This document shows positions 16,352 to 25,500 of a stretch of DNA of 34,227 nucleotides, piece by piece. Under the pieces are notes generated by a model, which saw only the letters and a list, made by a program, of their open reading frames with translations, made no database searches and had not been told where the DNA came from. The stretch comes from a virus (Duplodnaviria > Caudoviricetes): IMG/VR virus record IMGVR_UViG_3300005512_000161, positions 1 to 34,227 of that record, one strand, 5' to 3'. The stretch's first letter is position 1. Each line of letters starts with the position of its first letter. Position numbers and translations under genes: made by a program.

Positions 16352-18648
16352 GACGTGGCCCTCGCGATTGCCGCTGCCGCTGCCTCGTACCCGACGGCAG
16401 CAAAAATCGGCAGCAACGCCTCGCGTCGCTTGGCCAGCGAACGCGGCATCCTTGGTCCGCTCGACACCTCTGGAAGGTTCGGATCGCGCCAGAGACGCCG
16501 AAGTTGTGGCCCGTTCATGGCGTCGAGAAGTTCGGGAATCGGCACCGTCTCTTCTTCATCCGCCCACGGATCGGCTACTGGTTCGTCTTCGGTCGCCTGC
16601 TGCCCTTCTTCGCTCTCTGCGGCGTCGAAGTCGATGCTCGCCCACCCGTCCCCGGCAACGATGGGCCTCCACGCGATCAGGATGGCCTGCGCAACCGCGC
16701 TCTTCGACACGTCCGCGTCAATCGCCGCCACCACGTGGCGAAGGTTGTCCCCGTCTATGGTGTCCGCCTCGACGATCATGACCGGGAACGTGCGGCCGTA
16801 GATCACCTCTACGGCACGGTCGAGCGCCACTGCCAGCATGACCCTCTGGGCCGCGGACAGCCCGGAGCCAGACCAGAACACACCGTTCGGATCGCGCACG
16901 CCGAGGGCGCCGCCGCTGATCTCGATCTCCAAGCCAGGCAGGTACTTGCCGCCTGCAGCGCGGAGCATCCCAAGCCCTTCGTCGATAAAGGCGCGCTGTG
17001 CAGACTCGACGACTTCGACCATCGCCTTGGCCTCGGCTTCCGCGTGCTCTGCGGCTGTCAGCCGCTCGCGATCTGCCTGTAGCCTCCGGTAGCGCTCCGC
17101 CGCGATTTCTGCATCTCGGAGATCTTGGTTGGCCTTTCCGACGGCCGCCATCTTCTCTCGGACTCGCTCTGCGCGCGTTCCGATGTCGGCGCTCAGGTCG
17201 TCGCGCATGGCGTCGAGCCTGGCCAGCTCGAGCTCTACTTCTTCGCGTCGTGCAGACAGCGCCGAGGCGTCCTTCGCGGCGTCCGCCCGCCCGGCAAGCT
17301 CTCGAAGCCTGCTGAACTCCTGCTGAGCGGCGTTGCGCCTGACCATCGCCTCGTGCGCTGCCTCGCCCTCGCGCCTTGCGTTGTCCGCTTGGGCAGCCGC
17401 CTCAATGAGCTCCTTTGCTGCGTTCGCCTCCGCATCCGTCGCGTGTTCGGCCGCACGCTCGAGCGCAGTCTCTACTGCTTCGGCCTCCTTCTTCGATCTC
17501 CTGGCAGCCGATAGCAGCTCACATGACGCGGCCAGATCCGTTTCTGCCTCAAACGGGTCATTGCCCCTGAGCCAACAGTCGCAAGCCGAGCACGGCACGC
17601 GGTCGATCTTGCTGGCCCTGGTGCGGTGCGCCTCTAGATCGCGACCGAGGCTTTCCATGTCTCGGCGGGCAGCATCGGCAGCCAACGCAGCCTCACGCGC
17701 CGCAGCATTGGCTTCGTTCGTTTCGTCGTTTGCTGCGCGTTCGCCATCTCGAGCCCATGCGAGCTCGGACTCCGCGACCGTGAGGGCGCGATCCGCTTCG
17801 GCCATCTCCTGCTTCGACGGAGAAGGCGCGCCATCGCCGATTTCCGACAACTGCGAATCGATCCTTGCCCTCTCCGAGCGCAGGGCATGGGCGGCTCCGT
17901 CGTTGGCCTCTAGGCGCGCTCTGGCTTCGCCGTGTGCGCGCTGCGCGTCTCCCAGCGCTTCCGACGACTCAGCCCTTCGTTTTTGGGCGGCTGGGGCTGC
18001 CGACGGATCGAACCTCTCGCCGAGTTCCTGGCGGCTGAGATCGGCGCCCTTCTCGATGGCGCGACGGTTCCGAGAGGCCTCTCTGGCGTGCTCCTTGACC
18101 TGGCTCCAGATCGAGTCCAGGCGTTCGGTTGGGGTGCCAGTCGAGTCTTCGATGTCGACGACGGATGACCGGATCTGGTGCGCCAGTTCGTCGACAGCGC
18201 CACCGCTGGCGGCGAGGCCCGCAACGGCGGCGACCAGCTTCTGCTCGCTCATGCCGATCATGTCGCGGCCGCCGGGCATGTCTCCAGATCCGCCGATGAG
18301 ATCGAACAACTGCGCTTCCGACGCACGCTTGCCATCGATGAGCAGCACCGGCTTCTTGAGCGTTCCGCCGGCCAACTGGCGCATCCGCGTGATCAGCGCG
18401 TTGCCTGTGCCGGTGTCCAGGGTGCCGACCACCCTGATCTCGTGGCCGTGCAGCAGGTCGCGCATGGCGTTGGCGCCGATCTCGAGGCCTGCGACCGGGC
18501 GTCCGAGCAGGAAGGCGATTGCTTCGCCGATCCTGGTCTTGCCCGCGCCGTTTGGCCCAGAGACCGTGGTCTTGCGTGTCAACTCCAGATCGATTGGGCC
18601 GCCCTTGAGCCCGAAGATCTGGATCCTTCTGAAATACGGGTAGGCCAT
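16348..18648 (-). CDS. SbcC/Rad50-like ABC ATPase with coiled coil and Zn-hook
   Basis: Walker A GPNGAGKT, long Ala/Glu coiled coil, central CSACDC, signature-like GLSAAQ, Walker B-like VMIVEAD. Confidence 0.8.
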   Translation of the reverse strand: MAYPYFRRIQIFGLKGGPIDLELTRKTTVSGPNGAGKTRIGEAIAFLLGRPVAGLEIGANAMRDLLHGHEIRVVGTLDTGTGNALITRMRQLAGGTLKKPVLLIDGKRASEAQLFDLIGGSGDMPGGRDMIGMSEQKLVAAVAGLAASGGAVDELAHQIRSSVVDIEDSTGTPTERLDSIWSQVKEHAREASRNRRAIEKGADLSRQELGERFDPSAAPAAQKRRAESSEALGDAQRAHGEARARLEANDGAAHALRSERARIDSQLSEIGDGAPSPSKQEMAEADRALTVAESELAWARDGERAANDETNEANAAAREAALAADAARRDMESLGRDLEAHRTRASKIDRVPCSACDCWLRGNDPFEAETDLAASCELLSAARRSKKEAEAVETALERAAEHATDAEANAAKELIEAAAQADNARREGEAAHEAMVRRNAAQQEFSRLRELAGRADAAKDASALSARREEVELELARLDAMRDDLSADIGTRAERVREKMAAVGKANQDLRDAEIAAERYRRLQADRERLTAAEHAEAEAKAMVEVVESAQRAFIDEGLGMLRAAGGKYLPGLEIEISGGALGVRDPNGVFWSGSGLSAAQRVMLAVALDRAVEVIYGRTFPVMIVEADTIDGDNLRHVVAAIDADVSKSAVAQAILIAWRPIVAGDGWASIDFDAAESEEGQQATEDEPVADPWADEEETVPIPELLDAMNGPQLRRLWRDPNLPEVSSGPRMPRSLAKRREALLPIFAAVGYEAAAAAIARATS

Positions 18649-18651
18649 GGT

Positions 18652-19755
18652 TCAGCCCTTGACCTCGGATTCCATCGCGAGCGCAAGGGCCGCGAGGAGG
18701 AGATCCGAAGGGCCGCCGTCTGCCTCGGGGTGCCTGAGCATCTTCGCCTCGATCTCCACCCCGAAGCGGGCCGCGTGCTCTGCGAGCAGTTCCATCGGCC
18801 GGCTGCGCTTGATGTTGTAGAGCGCGAGCCACGCCGCACGACAGCGGGACGTGTACGCGTCGCGGTCATAGTCCGGAGGCAGATCGGCGCCTTGGCCATC
18901 GCCAGCGACAGGGGGCTCAGGCTGCTCAGGCTGCTCAGGCTTGATCGCCTTCTTTGGGGCCTCGGGCTGCGGCTTCTGTGCGGGCTGCGCCGTTGGCTTG
19001 GTCGAAGCGCTGGCGCGACTTCGCGCGTCGGGCTGCTTCGGCGTCGCCTGCGGCGGCCGATGGTTGGCCGGATTCGGTGCCGGCTGGCTCTGGCCGGCCT
19101 GGACCGGCGCGTCGCCATCGTGATCGCCAGGGTTTCGCTGGTGAGCGTGGGCTTCGTACTGGACTGGCCTGACTGCAGGGTGGCCCGCTGCTACCGCTGC
19201 GCCGCCGGCTTCTTCGAGGAAGTCGGGCCAGCGCGGCTCGCCCCCGGTAAAGCTCTGCCACGGAACCTCGCGGCCGCGCTCATCCGACATCTTGAGGCGC
19301 ATGACCTCGAGGCCGAACTGAGCACCGAGGTTCATCGCTGCGTCTCGGAGCGCGTAGGTCTCGGCCGCCTGAGCGTTCATGTCGCAGGCGTCCTCTGGCT
19401 TCGGCTGCGGGACGGCCGACGTTCCGATGCCGTCCTTGTGCGTGGTGCGCCCGCCAGGCCAGTGGATGGTAAGCCGGACGCGGCACTGCGCGATGGCCCG
19501 GTACATCTCCTTGCCGCGCTCGTTGGCGAACTTGGTTACTGGGTTGCCCATGTCGGGCGCGATGTAGCGGAAGTCGGTGATCTCGTGCGACCAGCCGTCG
19601 AACCCGAAGATCTTGTTCAAGTGCATGCGGACGATGGCGCCCGACACGTAGACCCACTTGTGGTAGGGGTGCACCGAACACGCCTCGATGGCGATTGGCG
19701 CACCGAGGCACTCGATCTGCGATTGCAGGGCGCCGCCAAAGACGGGCTCCGACAT
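18652..19755 (-). CDS. Rad52/Sak-family single-strand annealing protein
   Basis: 'YVSGAIVRMHLNKIFGFDGWS', 'DGIG', 'AAETYALRDAAMNLGAQFGL'; Pro/Gln C-terminal linker. Start ATG 19755 with GGGGAG RBS. Confidence 0.88.
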   Translation of the reverse strand: MSEPVFGGALQSQIECLGAPIAIEACSVHPYHKWVYVSGAIVRMHLNKIFGFDGWSHEITDFRYIAPDMGNPVTKFANERGKEMYRAIAQCRVRLTIHWPGGRTTHKDGIGTSAVPQPKPEDACDMNAQAAETYALRDAAMNLGAQFGLEVMRLKMSDERGREVPWQSFTGGEPRWPDFLEEAGGAAVAAGHPAVRPVQYEAHAHQRNPGDHDGDAPVQAGQSQPAPNPANHRPPQATPKQPDARSRASASTKPTAQPAQKPQPEAPKKAIKPEQPEQPEPPVAGDGQGADLPPDYDRDAYTSRCRAAWLALYNIKRSRPMELLAEHAARFGVEIEAKMLRHPEADGGPSDLLLAALALAMESEVKG

Positions 19756-19800
19756 GGTATCCACTCCCCAGCGGCTCACCCGCTGCTTCTGGTTGTGGGC

Positions 19801-19874
19801 TTGACGGTATGCAGATACCGGGCTGGGCGTCAAGAAAAAGATGCTTGCCGCCTGCGTGAAGCGTCCGGTATCGT
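19801..19874. promoter_or_regulatory. Divergent promoter/operator region between the recombination and replication operons
   Basis: Leftward TTGACG-N18-TACCGT (minus strand, 19833-19804). Rightward TTGCCG-N18-TATCGT (19845-19874). Inverted repeat CGGTAT-gcag-ATACCG at 19805-19820. Confidence 0.55.
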
Positions 19875-19897
19875 TTGGGGCCGCGAAAGGGGGATCC

Positions 19898-20458
19898 GTG
19901 CGCCGCTGGACATTCACCATCGAGGGCATACCTCGCGCGAAGGGCCGCCCTCGGCTAGGACGAACAGGCGCCCTGGCGGGGGGGCACCACTACACACCCG
20001 ACACCACAACTCAGTACGAGGGCCTCGTTGGTGGCGCCGCCATGGAGGCTGGCCTGCTCGTTGGCGACGGCCAATGCGACATCGTGATCGAAGTCTGGCT
20101 CCCCGACTCGAAGAAGAGCGCGACCGGGCCAATACCGAAGCCGCGGCAGCGCAAGGATCCAGACAACGTGGCTAAGGTGATCTGCGACGGCATGCTCAAG
20201 GCGGGGACCAGCGCGTTTGCCGACGATGACTTTGCGCACGTGCGAAACCTGCACGTGATCCGCCGCGGGTACAGCAGGCGCAGGCCGCGCGTAGACGTGA
20301 CCGTGATCGAGGTCTTGGCCGACGCCAGCAACGCAGATTCGGCGCCGGAACCGCAGCCGTTTTTCGGGGCCGCGCCCGCCGAGTTGTACGAAACTCTTTG
20401 CACCGCGGCGCGCGCTGCAGGGTGGCGACCGTCCACGGGTGGCGGCTGGGAGCGATGA
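19898..20458 (+). CDS. rusA: RusA family Holliday junction resolvase
   Basis: 'FTIEGIPRAKGRPR...YTPDTT..YE', 'KDPDNVAKVICDGM...FADDD...V', 'PRVDVTV'. GTG 19898 after AAGGGGG. Confidence 0.88.
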   Translation: MRRWTFTIEGIPRAKGRPRLGRTGALAGGHHYTPDTTTQYEGLVGGAAMEAGLLVGDGQCDIVIEVWLPDSKKSATGPIPKPRQRKDPDNVAKVICDGMLKAGTSAFADDDFAHVRNLHVIRRGYSRRRPRVDVTVIEVLADASNADSAPEPQPFFGAAPAELYETLCTAARAAGWRPSTGGGWER

Positions 20459-22428
20459 AGCCCAGGCCGTATCAAGAGGAGGCCGCGCAGCTCGTATTCG
20501 CCGAGTGGGATCAGGCCGTAAAAGTTGTCGATGGGCAACAGCAGGTCATCGATCCGAAGAAGCTGAACGCGCTCGTTGTCTGGGCTACAGGGCTCGGAAA
20601 AACTGCACTTTTCAGTTTCGTCGGTCGGCAAGCCATCGAAACTGGGCTTTGCCGCCGAGTCCTCGTGCTGGCGCACCGGACCGAGCTGATTCAGCAGGCG
20701 AGGGACAAGTGGCTTCGCGTCGATCCTGGCCAGACTGTCGGGATCTACCAGGCAGCAAAGCGCGAGACCTGGGCAAACGTAATCTGCGGATCGGTCCAGA
20801 GTTGCTACCCAGACGTTTACCGGCGTCGCAGTTGCCCGGCCTGCCAGTCGAAACCAGATCCAGATCCGTTTTGTGAGTTGTGCGACGGGGACGGCAGGGC
20901 AGGCGAGCCAGGGTGTCGCAAGTGCCAGGCCAAGCGTCCAAAACCAGATCCCGACTGCCCGATTTGCAGTGGCGAGGGCGGAGAGGAATACCTGCACCGC
21001 AAGGGCCGAATTCACGATCTTCCGCTCGCGGAGATCGATCTCATCGTCATCGACGAGGTCCACCACGTGTTCCGCGAATCTCTCTACACGCGGATCGTCG
21101 ATGCGGTGCGCGAGGTCAACCCGGCCTGCAGGATGCTCGGGGTCACAGCAACCCCGTTCAGGGCAGATCGGCGCGGCCTCGGTTGGCTGTTCGGCAGGAG
21201 CGTTCACACGATCTCGATCAAGCGCGGGATCGAGATGGGCTACTTGGTGCCGCTCCGAGGTGTCCGCGTCGAGATGGAGGTTGATCTCTCGTCGGTGCGC
21301 GTCTCGAAGTCGAGCGGAGACTTCGTGGACGAAGATCTCGGCAAGGTCATGGACACCGAAGACGCGCGCGGGCAGGTGGTCGAGGCGTGGCGCAAGCACG
21401 CAGGTCCTGGCACTGATGGCGCAGGCGATCACGGCAGGTTGACAGCGGCGTTTTGCCCGACCGTGGCCTCTGCTCGGCACCTCTGCGCGAGCTTCAACGA
21501 GGCTGGAATCCCGGCTGGGTGGATTTGCGGCGACAAGTCCATCTTCAACGACAAGCGGCGGATGGCCGTGCTCGAGTCGCTGTCGCGCCAAGAAATCCGA
21601 GTCCTAGTCAACGTCGGAGTGCTGACCGAGGGATGGGACGAGCCGGAGGTGAGTTGCATCCTGCTGGTCAGGCCGACGAAATCGAAGGGCCTCCTGATCC
21701 AGATGGTCGGCCGCGGGACTCGTGTTCTTGGTCCACCAGTCGAAGGAGCAGAGGATCTGCGTATCGAGTCGTCGGTTGCGAACGGCAAGAGCGACTGCCT
21801 CGTGATCGACTGCACCGGGGCGACCAATCTGGGCCTCGCGTCAATCGCAGATCTCACCAACGACGACGAGAAGGACGAGAAAGAGCAGGCCGAATCGCAA
21901 CCTGGCGGGCAGCCAGAGCTCGAGTTTCCCGACGAGCCCACGACCGTTCGGGTGACCGGCTTCTGCTCGTACTCCTTCGACGTGTTCGGCGGATTGATCC
22001 ACTGGCAGCAGGTCAACGGCTCGAGGGTCGCGAACCTGGGGGCCGGACGATCCGTGGTCATCTTCGAGAGGGGCGGCCTGTTCACCGTGGTTTGCGCCGG
22101 GCTCCGCACTGGCGTTGAGTTCGTCGCGCGAGATGAGCCCGAGAGCGTGGCCATGGAGGAGGCCGAGATCTTCGCCATGGAGACCGGCGAGCCGAACTAC
22201 CTCAAGCCCGACAACGGCCTGTCGAGGATTCGCGCCAGCGAAAAGCAGCGTGCCTACATCAAGCGCCTTCTCGCCTGGCACCGCGATCAAATAGGCTCGA
22301 CGCCCTTGTCATTTGCTGAGATCGGACGGTTGAGCATGGCCAGAGCAAGCGCGTGGGCCTCGTATCTCGAAGCGCGGCTCGCGTTCCATCGACGATTCGC
22401 GAACGGCAGGAGAAAGGCGGCAGGCTGA
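20455..22428 (+). CDS. SF2 DEAD/DEAH-box (ResIII/IRC3-like) helicase with Zn-finger insertion
   Basis: RPYQ, ATGLGKT, LAHRTEL, IDEVHH, GVTATPFR, VLTEGWD, QMVGRGTR. ATGA coupling to rusA. Confidence 0.93.
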   Translation: MKPRPYQEEAAQLVFAEWDQAVKVVDGQQQVIDPKKLNALVVWATGLGKTALFSFVGRQAIETGLCRRVLVLAHRTELIQQARDKWLRVDPGQTVGIYQAAKRETWANVICGSVQSCYPDVYRRRSCPACQSKPDPDPFCELCDGDGRAGEPGCRKCQAKRPKPDPDCPICSGEGGEEYLHRKGRIHDLPLAEIDLIVIDEVHHVFRESLYTRIVDAVREVNPACRMLGVTATPFRADRRGLGWLFGRSVHTISIKRGIEMGYLVPLRGVRVEMEVDLSSVRVSKSSGDFVDEDLGKVMDTEDARGQVVEAWRKHAGPGTDGAGDHGRLTAAFCPTVASARHLCASFNEAGIPAGWICGDKSIFNDKRRMAVLESLSRQEIRVLVNVGVLTEGWDEPEVSCILLVRPTKSKGLLIQMVGRGTRVLGPPVEGAEDLRIESSVANGKSDCLVIDCTGATNLGLASIADLTNDDEKDEKEQAESQPGGQPELEFPDEPTTVRVTGFCSYSFDVFGGLIHWQQVNGSRVANLGAGRSVVIFERGGLFTVVCAGLRTGVEFVARDEPESVAMEEAEIFAMETGEPNYLKPDNGLSRIRASEKQRAYIKRLLAWHRDQIGSTPLSFAEIGRLSMARASAWASYLEARLAFHRRFANGRRKAAG

Positions 22429-22478
22429 TGATTCGCGTTTTTGGACCAGGGGAGCGCTGCGTGTAGGCAATGAAAGTA

Positions 22479-22560
22479 GCGCCCGGCAAGGCGGGCCGGC
22501 CTGCCGGGCGCAGTGGGCCTCTGTAGGGGGGCCAGAGGACCGTCTCTGGTGTTTCAGCAC
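22479..22560 (+). other. Structured intergenic leader (several hairpins) upstream of the primase-helicase
   Basis: GCGCCCGGCA...TGCCGGGCGC (22479-22511), CCAGAG-gaccgt-CTCTGG and GTG-tttcag-CAC in series. Confidence 0.45.
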
Positions 22561-22596
22561 TCGGGCAAAATGTCAACGAAAACGCGAGCCTGACCG

Positions 22597-25500
22597 ATGG
22601 CGTGGTTTGGCGTTCGCGATTCGGCGAATGACGACATCGACATCCGTTCGATTGCAGAACGCCACGGGCTCAAGCCGCGCCGATTCTCACACAGACTACG
22701 GTTCTTTTGTCCGTTTTGCTCTGACGATGACGCAGATCGTAGGCGCAAGGGCAGAACTGCCGATGCTGATCTTCACGAACCTGGGCAGCCGTGGAAGTGC
22801 TGGCGCGCTAGCTGCGGTGCGACAGGAAACGCGCGGACCCTCGCGGCGCACTTCGGCGAGCTCGACATCGAGACCCACCGCAGGTTCGAGGCGCGACCGA
22901 AGCCGAAGCCGAGACCGAAGCCGACCGAGAAGGCGACCGTACGGCGCGGCTGGGAGGAACTGCTGCTCTCCTCGACAGAGGAGGGCGCGCAGAGAATTTT
23001 CCGCTGGGCGCGCGACGTTCGCGGCTGGCCCGAAGGTGTCGCCAGGGCGATAAGCTACTCAGACGACGTGCTCTGTCTGGCGCCAGGAGACGAGTACGGG
23101 GGGCGCTCCGGGCGCGCGATAGCCAAGCAAACTGATCGCGAAGGCCTTCGTCTGCTGGTGCCGATCCGGTGTCACCTCGGGGTGATCCGCTCGGCCATGA
23201 GGATGTGGCCGGGACCAGGGCCGCAGCCAAACGGAAGCCGCCCGAAGATGGCGCTGTCGAGCCGCATCGCTGGGGCCAGCGAGACCTGGGGCTCGACCAT
23301 GATGTACGGGTCGATGCCTGACGCCATCGAGGCTGCCGAGTGCGGCGATCCGATCTACATCGTGGAGGGCGCACCGGATTATCTGGCTGCCTCCGGCCTG
23401 CTGCTGGACGGTGGCGAATCTGGCGTTGTGCTCGGGGCGTTTTCGGCTCAGACCGCCCGGCGCATGGTCGAGCGCCTTCTGGACGTGCTCGGCGACCGGA
23501 ACCTGATCGCGCCTCGCATCGTGCTGATTCCGGATCTGGATCGTGCCAGAGAGAACCCGGCCAACGGCGAGACCTACAACCCTGGGCTCGACGCATTCAC
23601 GGCCGCCGCCGGGACGCTGAGGGGGCGTGCCGGGGTCCACATTCTCAAACTTCCGCGTCGGGACGAATCCGAGAAGATGGATCTGGCCGGCCATCTGCGC
23701 ACGCAGGGCTCGAGGCTCACCCTGTCGCTCATGCGCACCGCTCCGCTGGTGTACCCTGCACCAGTACGGCTGGATGAATGCCAGGGGGAGATGAGCGAGC
23801 GGTTCAAGCGGGCGGTTCTCGAGGCCACGCAAAAGACGCTGGCCGGGAAGAAGACCCTGGTCGTCTATCAAGTCGAGATGGGGGTGGGCAAGACCAGGAG
23901 CGCGCTCGCCGAAGCCGCGAAGATCGTCACCGGCGAAAGCGTGATCCCGGTTGTTGGGCGCAGGCCCCGCGGGACGCCCACGGGTTCGTGGCCGCCAATC
24001 GAGCGCTCCGTGGTCTTCGCCGCTGGGAACCACGCCGAGGCCGACGAGAAGATGGAGGAGCTTGAGCGCGTCTCACCTGGTACGCGCGTTCGCCACATCT
24101 ACGGCCTGCTGCACTACTGCAAGTACGAGGAGAACGTCGAAGACGCCTTCCCGCATGTAGGCAGGCGCGGCGTGTGCGGCGATCCGAAGAAAGAAAACGA
24201 GTGCCCGCACTACCACGTTTGCCCAGGAGCTGATGAGCCGAGGGCATACCGCGGAGAGGTGACGTTCATCGCGCACGCGCTGGTCGGCAAGATGAAGGCC
24301 GACCTGGTGGTCATCGACGAATCGCCTGGTGTGGTCTCGATGGAGACCGTAACCGACACGGAGGTCAGGACGCTGTTCGCGTCCAAGTCAATCCCGCGAG
24401 TGGTCAGGTGGCGACAGCGCGGCAACCCTGACGCTGGCGACGCTGCGCAGGCGGTTTTTGCCCTGATATCTCCGCTCGCGCACCAACATGGTGCCAGCGT
24501 ATCGAGCGGGACCGCAGACGCATACGACCGTAGAATCACCGGGGAAGAACTCGCGACGTTGCTCGAGGACAGCGAAAGCCTCCTGCCGATGATGCGTGCC
24601 GGGTTCTCGAGCGGCGCAGCAAAACCGCCGGTGCCGTTCCCGGACGAGATCCGTAGCGGGATGCACGGGCAGAAGCACATGCCCAGCATGTCGGCCTTCC
24701 ACGCGATGGCCTACATGCTGGACTATTACCTGCGGGTGCGCGGAGAGCATTCGGCGGCAGACGACGAGGCCCTGGTGATGATCGGCAAGGACGGGAAGCC
24801 GATCCGGCCGCCGCCGAAGCCGGCCGTTGGCGTGTGCCTGCACGTTGACGGCACCTGGTCTCTCGAGGTGCGGAAGATCCGGCGCCTCCCCGACTGCCCG
24901 GTGGTGATCCTCGACGCAACCGGGAGCCAGACCCTGGCCGAGTGGCGTGCAGCGTATCCAGATCGGAAGGTCGTGATCCGCACGCTCGAGGTGCAGGGAT
25001 CAGGTCCGGCGACGGCGATCCACATGGAAAGCCCGAGCTTCAGCCGCAAGGGCCTGATCGGTCCGGACGGCGGAATTCGGATCGATGCCGTGCCAAAGGT
25101 AGAGCGTGTGCTCGAGGCCCTGGCTGAGCGAACACGTGCTCAGAACCCGGAGTTTTCAGGCGATCCGCCAACGCGCCTTGGGGTGCTGACGCACAAGCCG
25201 ATTGCCGACGCGCTGCTCGGCAATCTGCAGACGCCGCCCGGGAAGCGTGCCCACGAAATCGTAGCCAGGTTGATGGGCCGCGGGTTCGTGTTCGAGAACG
25301 CGCATGGAGATCCTACCATCGGGTGGTTTGGCCGGCATGACCGTGGAACCAATGCCTATCGAATGGTGCACGGTCTCGTGGTCATCGGTGATCCGGTCGG
25401 GAATTTCGGCGACATCGAGCAGGATGCGATGTTGCTCGGGCTCGAGGCCAGCGATATCAGCTCGGCCAGGACTGCGGCGACGTGTCGCCAGGCAATCGCG

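Noticed and set aside
14384-18648. ATPase plus UvrD pair as a Gabija-like defence system
   Set aside because: The ATPase has a long coiled coil and Zn-hook with no TOPRIM domain, and it sits between Sak and SSB in a recombination operon.
18916-18941. CTCAGGCTG tandem repeat
   Set aside because: Simple coding repeat (PEQ units) in the disordered Sak linker.
18178-20175. 665-aa plus-strand ORF
   Set aside because: Arg/Gly-rich shadow that overlaps the clearly identified SbcC-like, Sak and RusA genes.
20803-20980. Helicase insertion as an intein
   Set aside because: Too short and lacks intein terminal motifs such as the C-terminal His-Asn; it is a Cys-rich Zn module.
20011-21591. 526-aa minus-strand ORF
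   Set aside because: Antisense to RusA and the SF2 helicase, which carry full motif sets.
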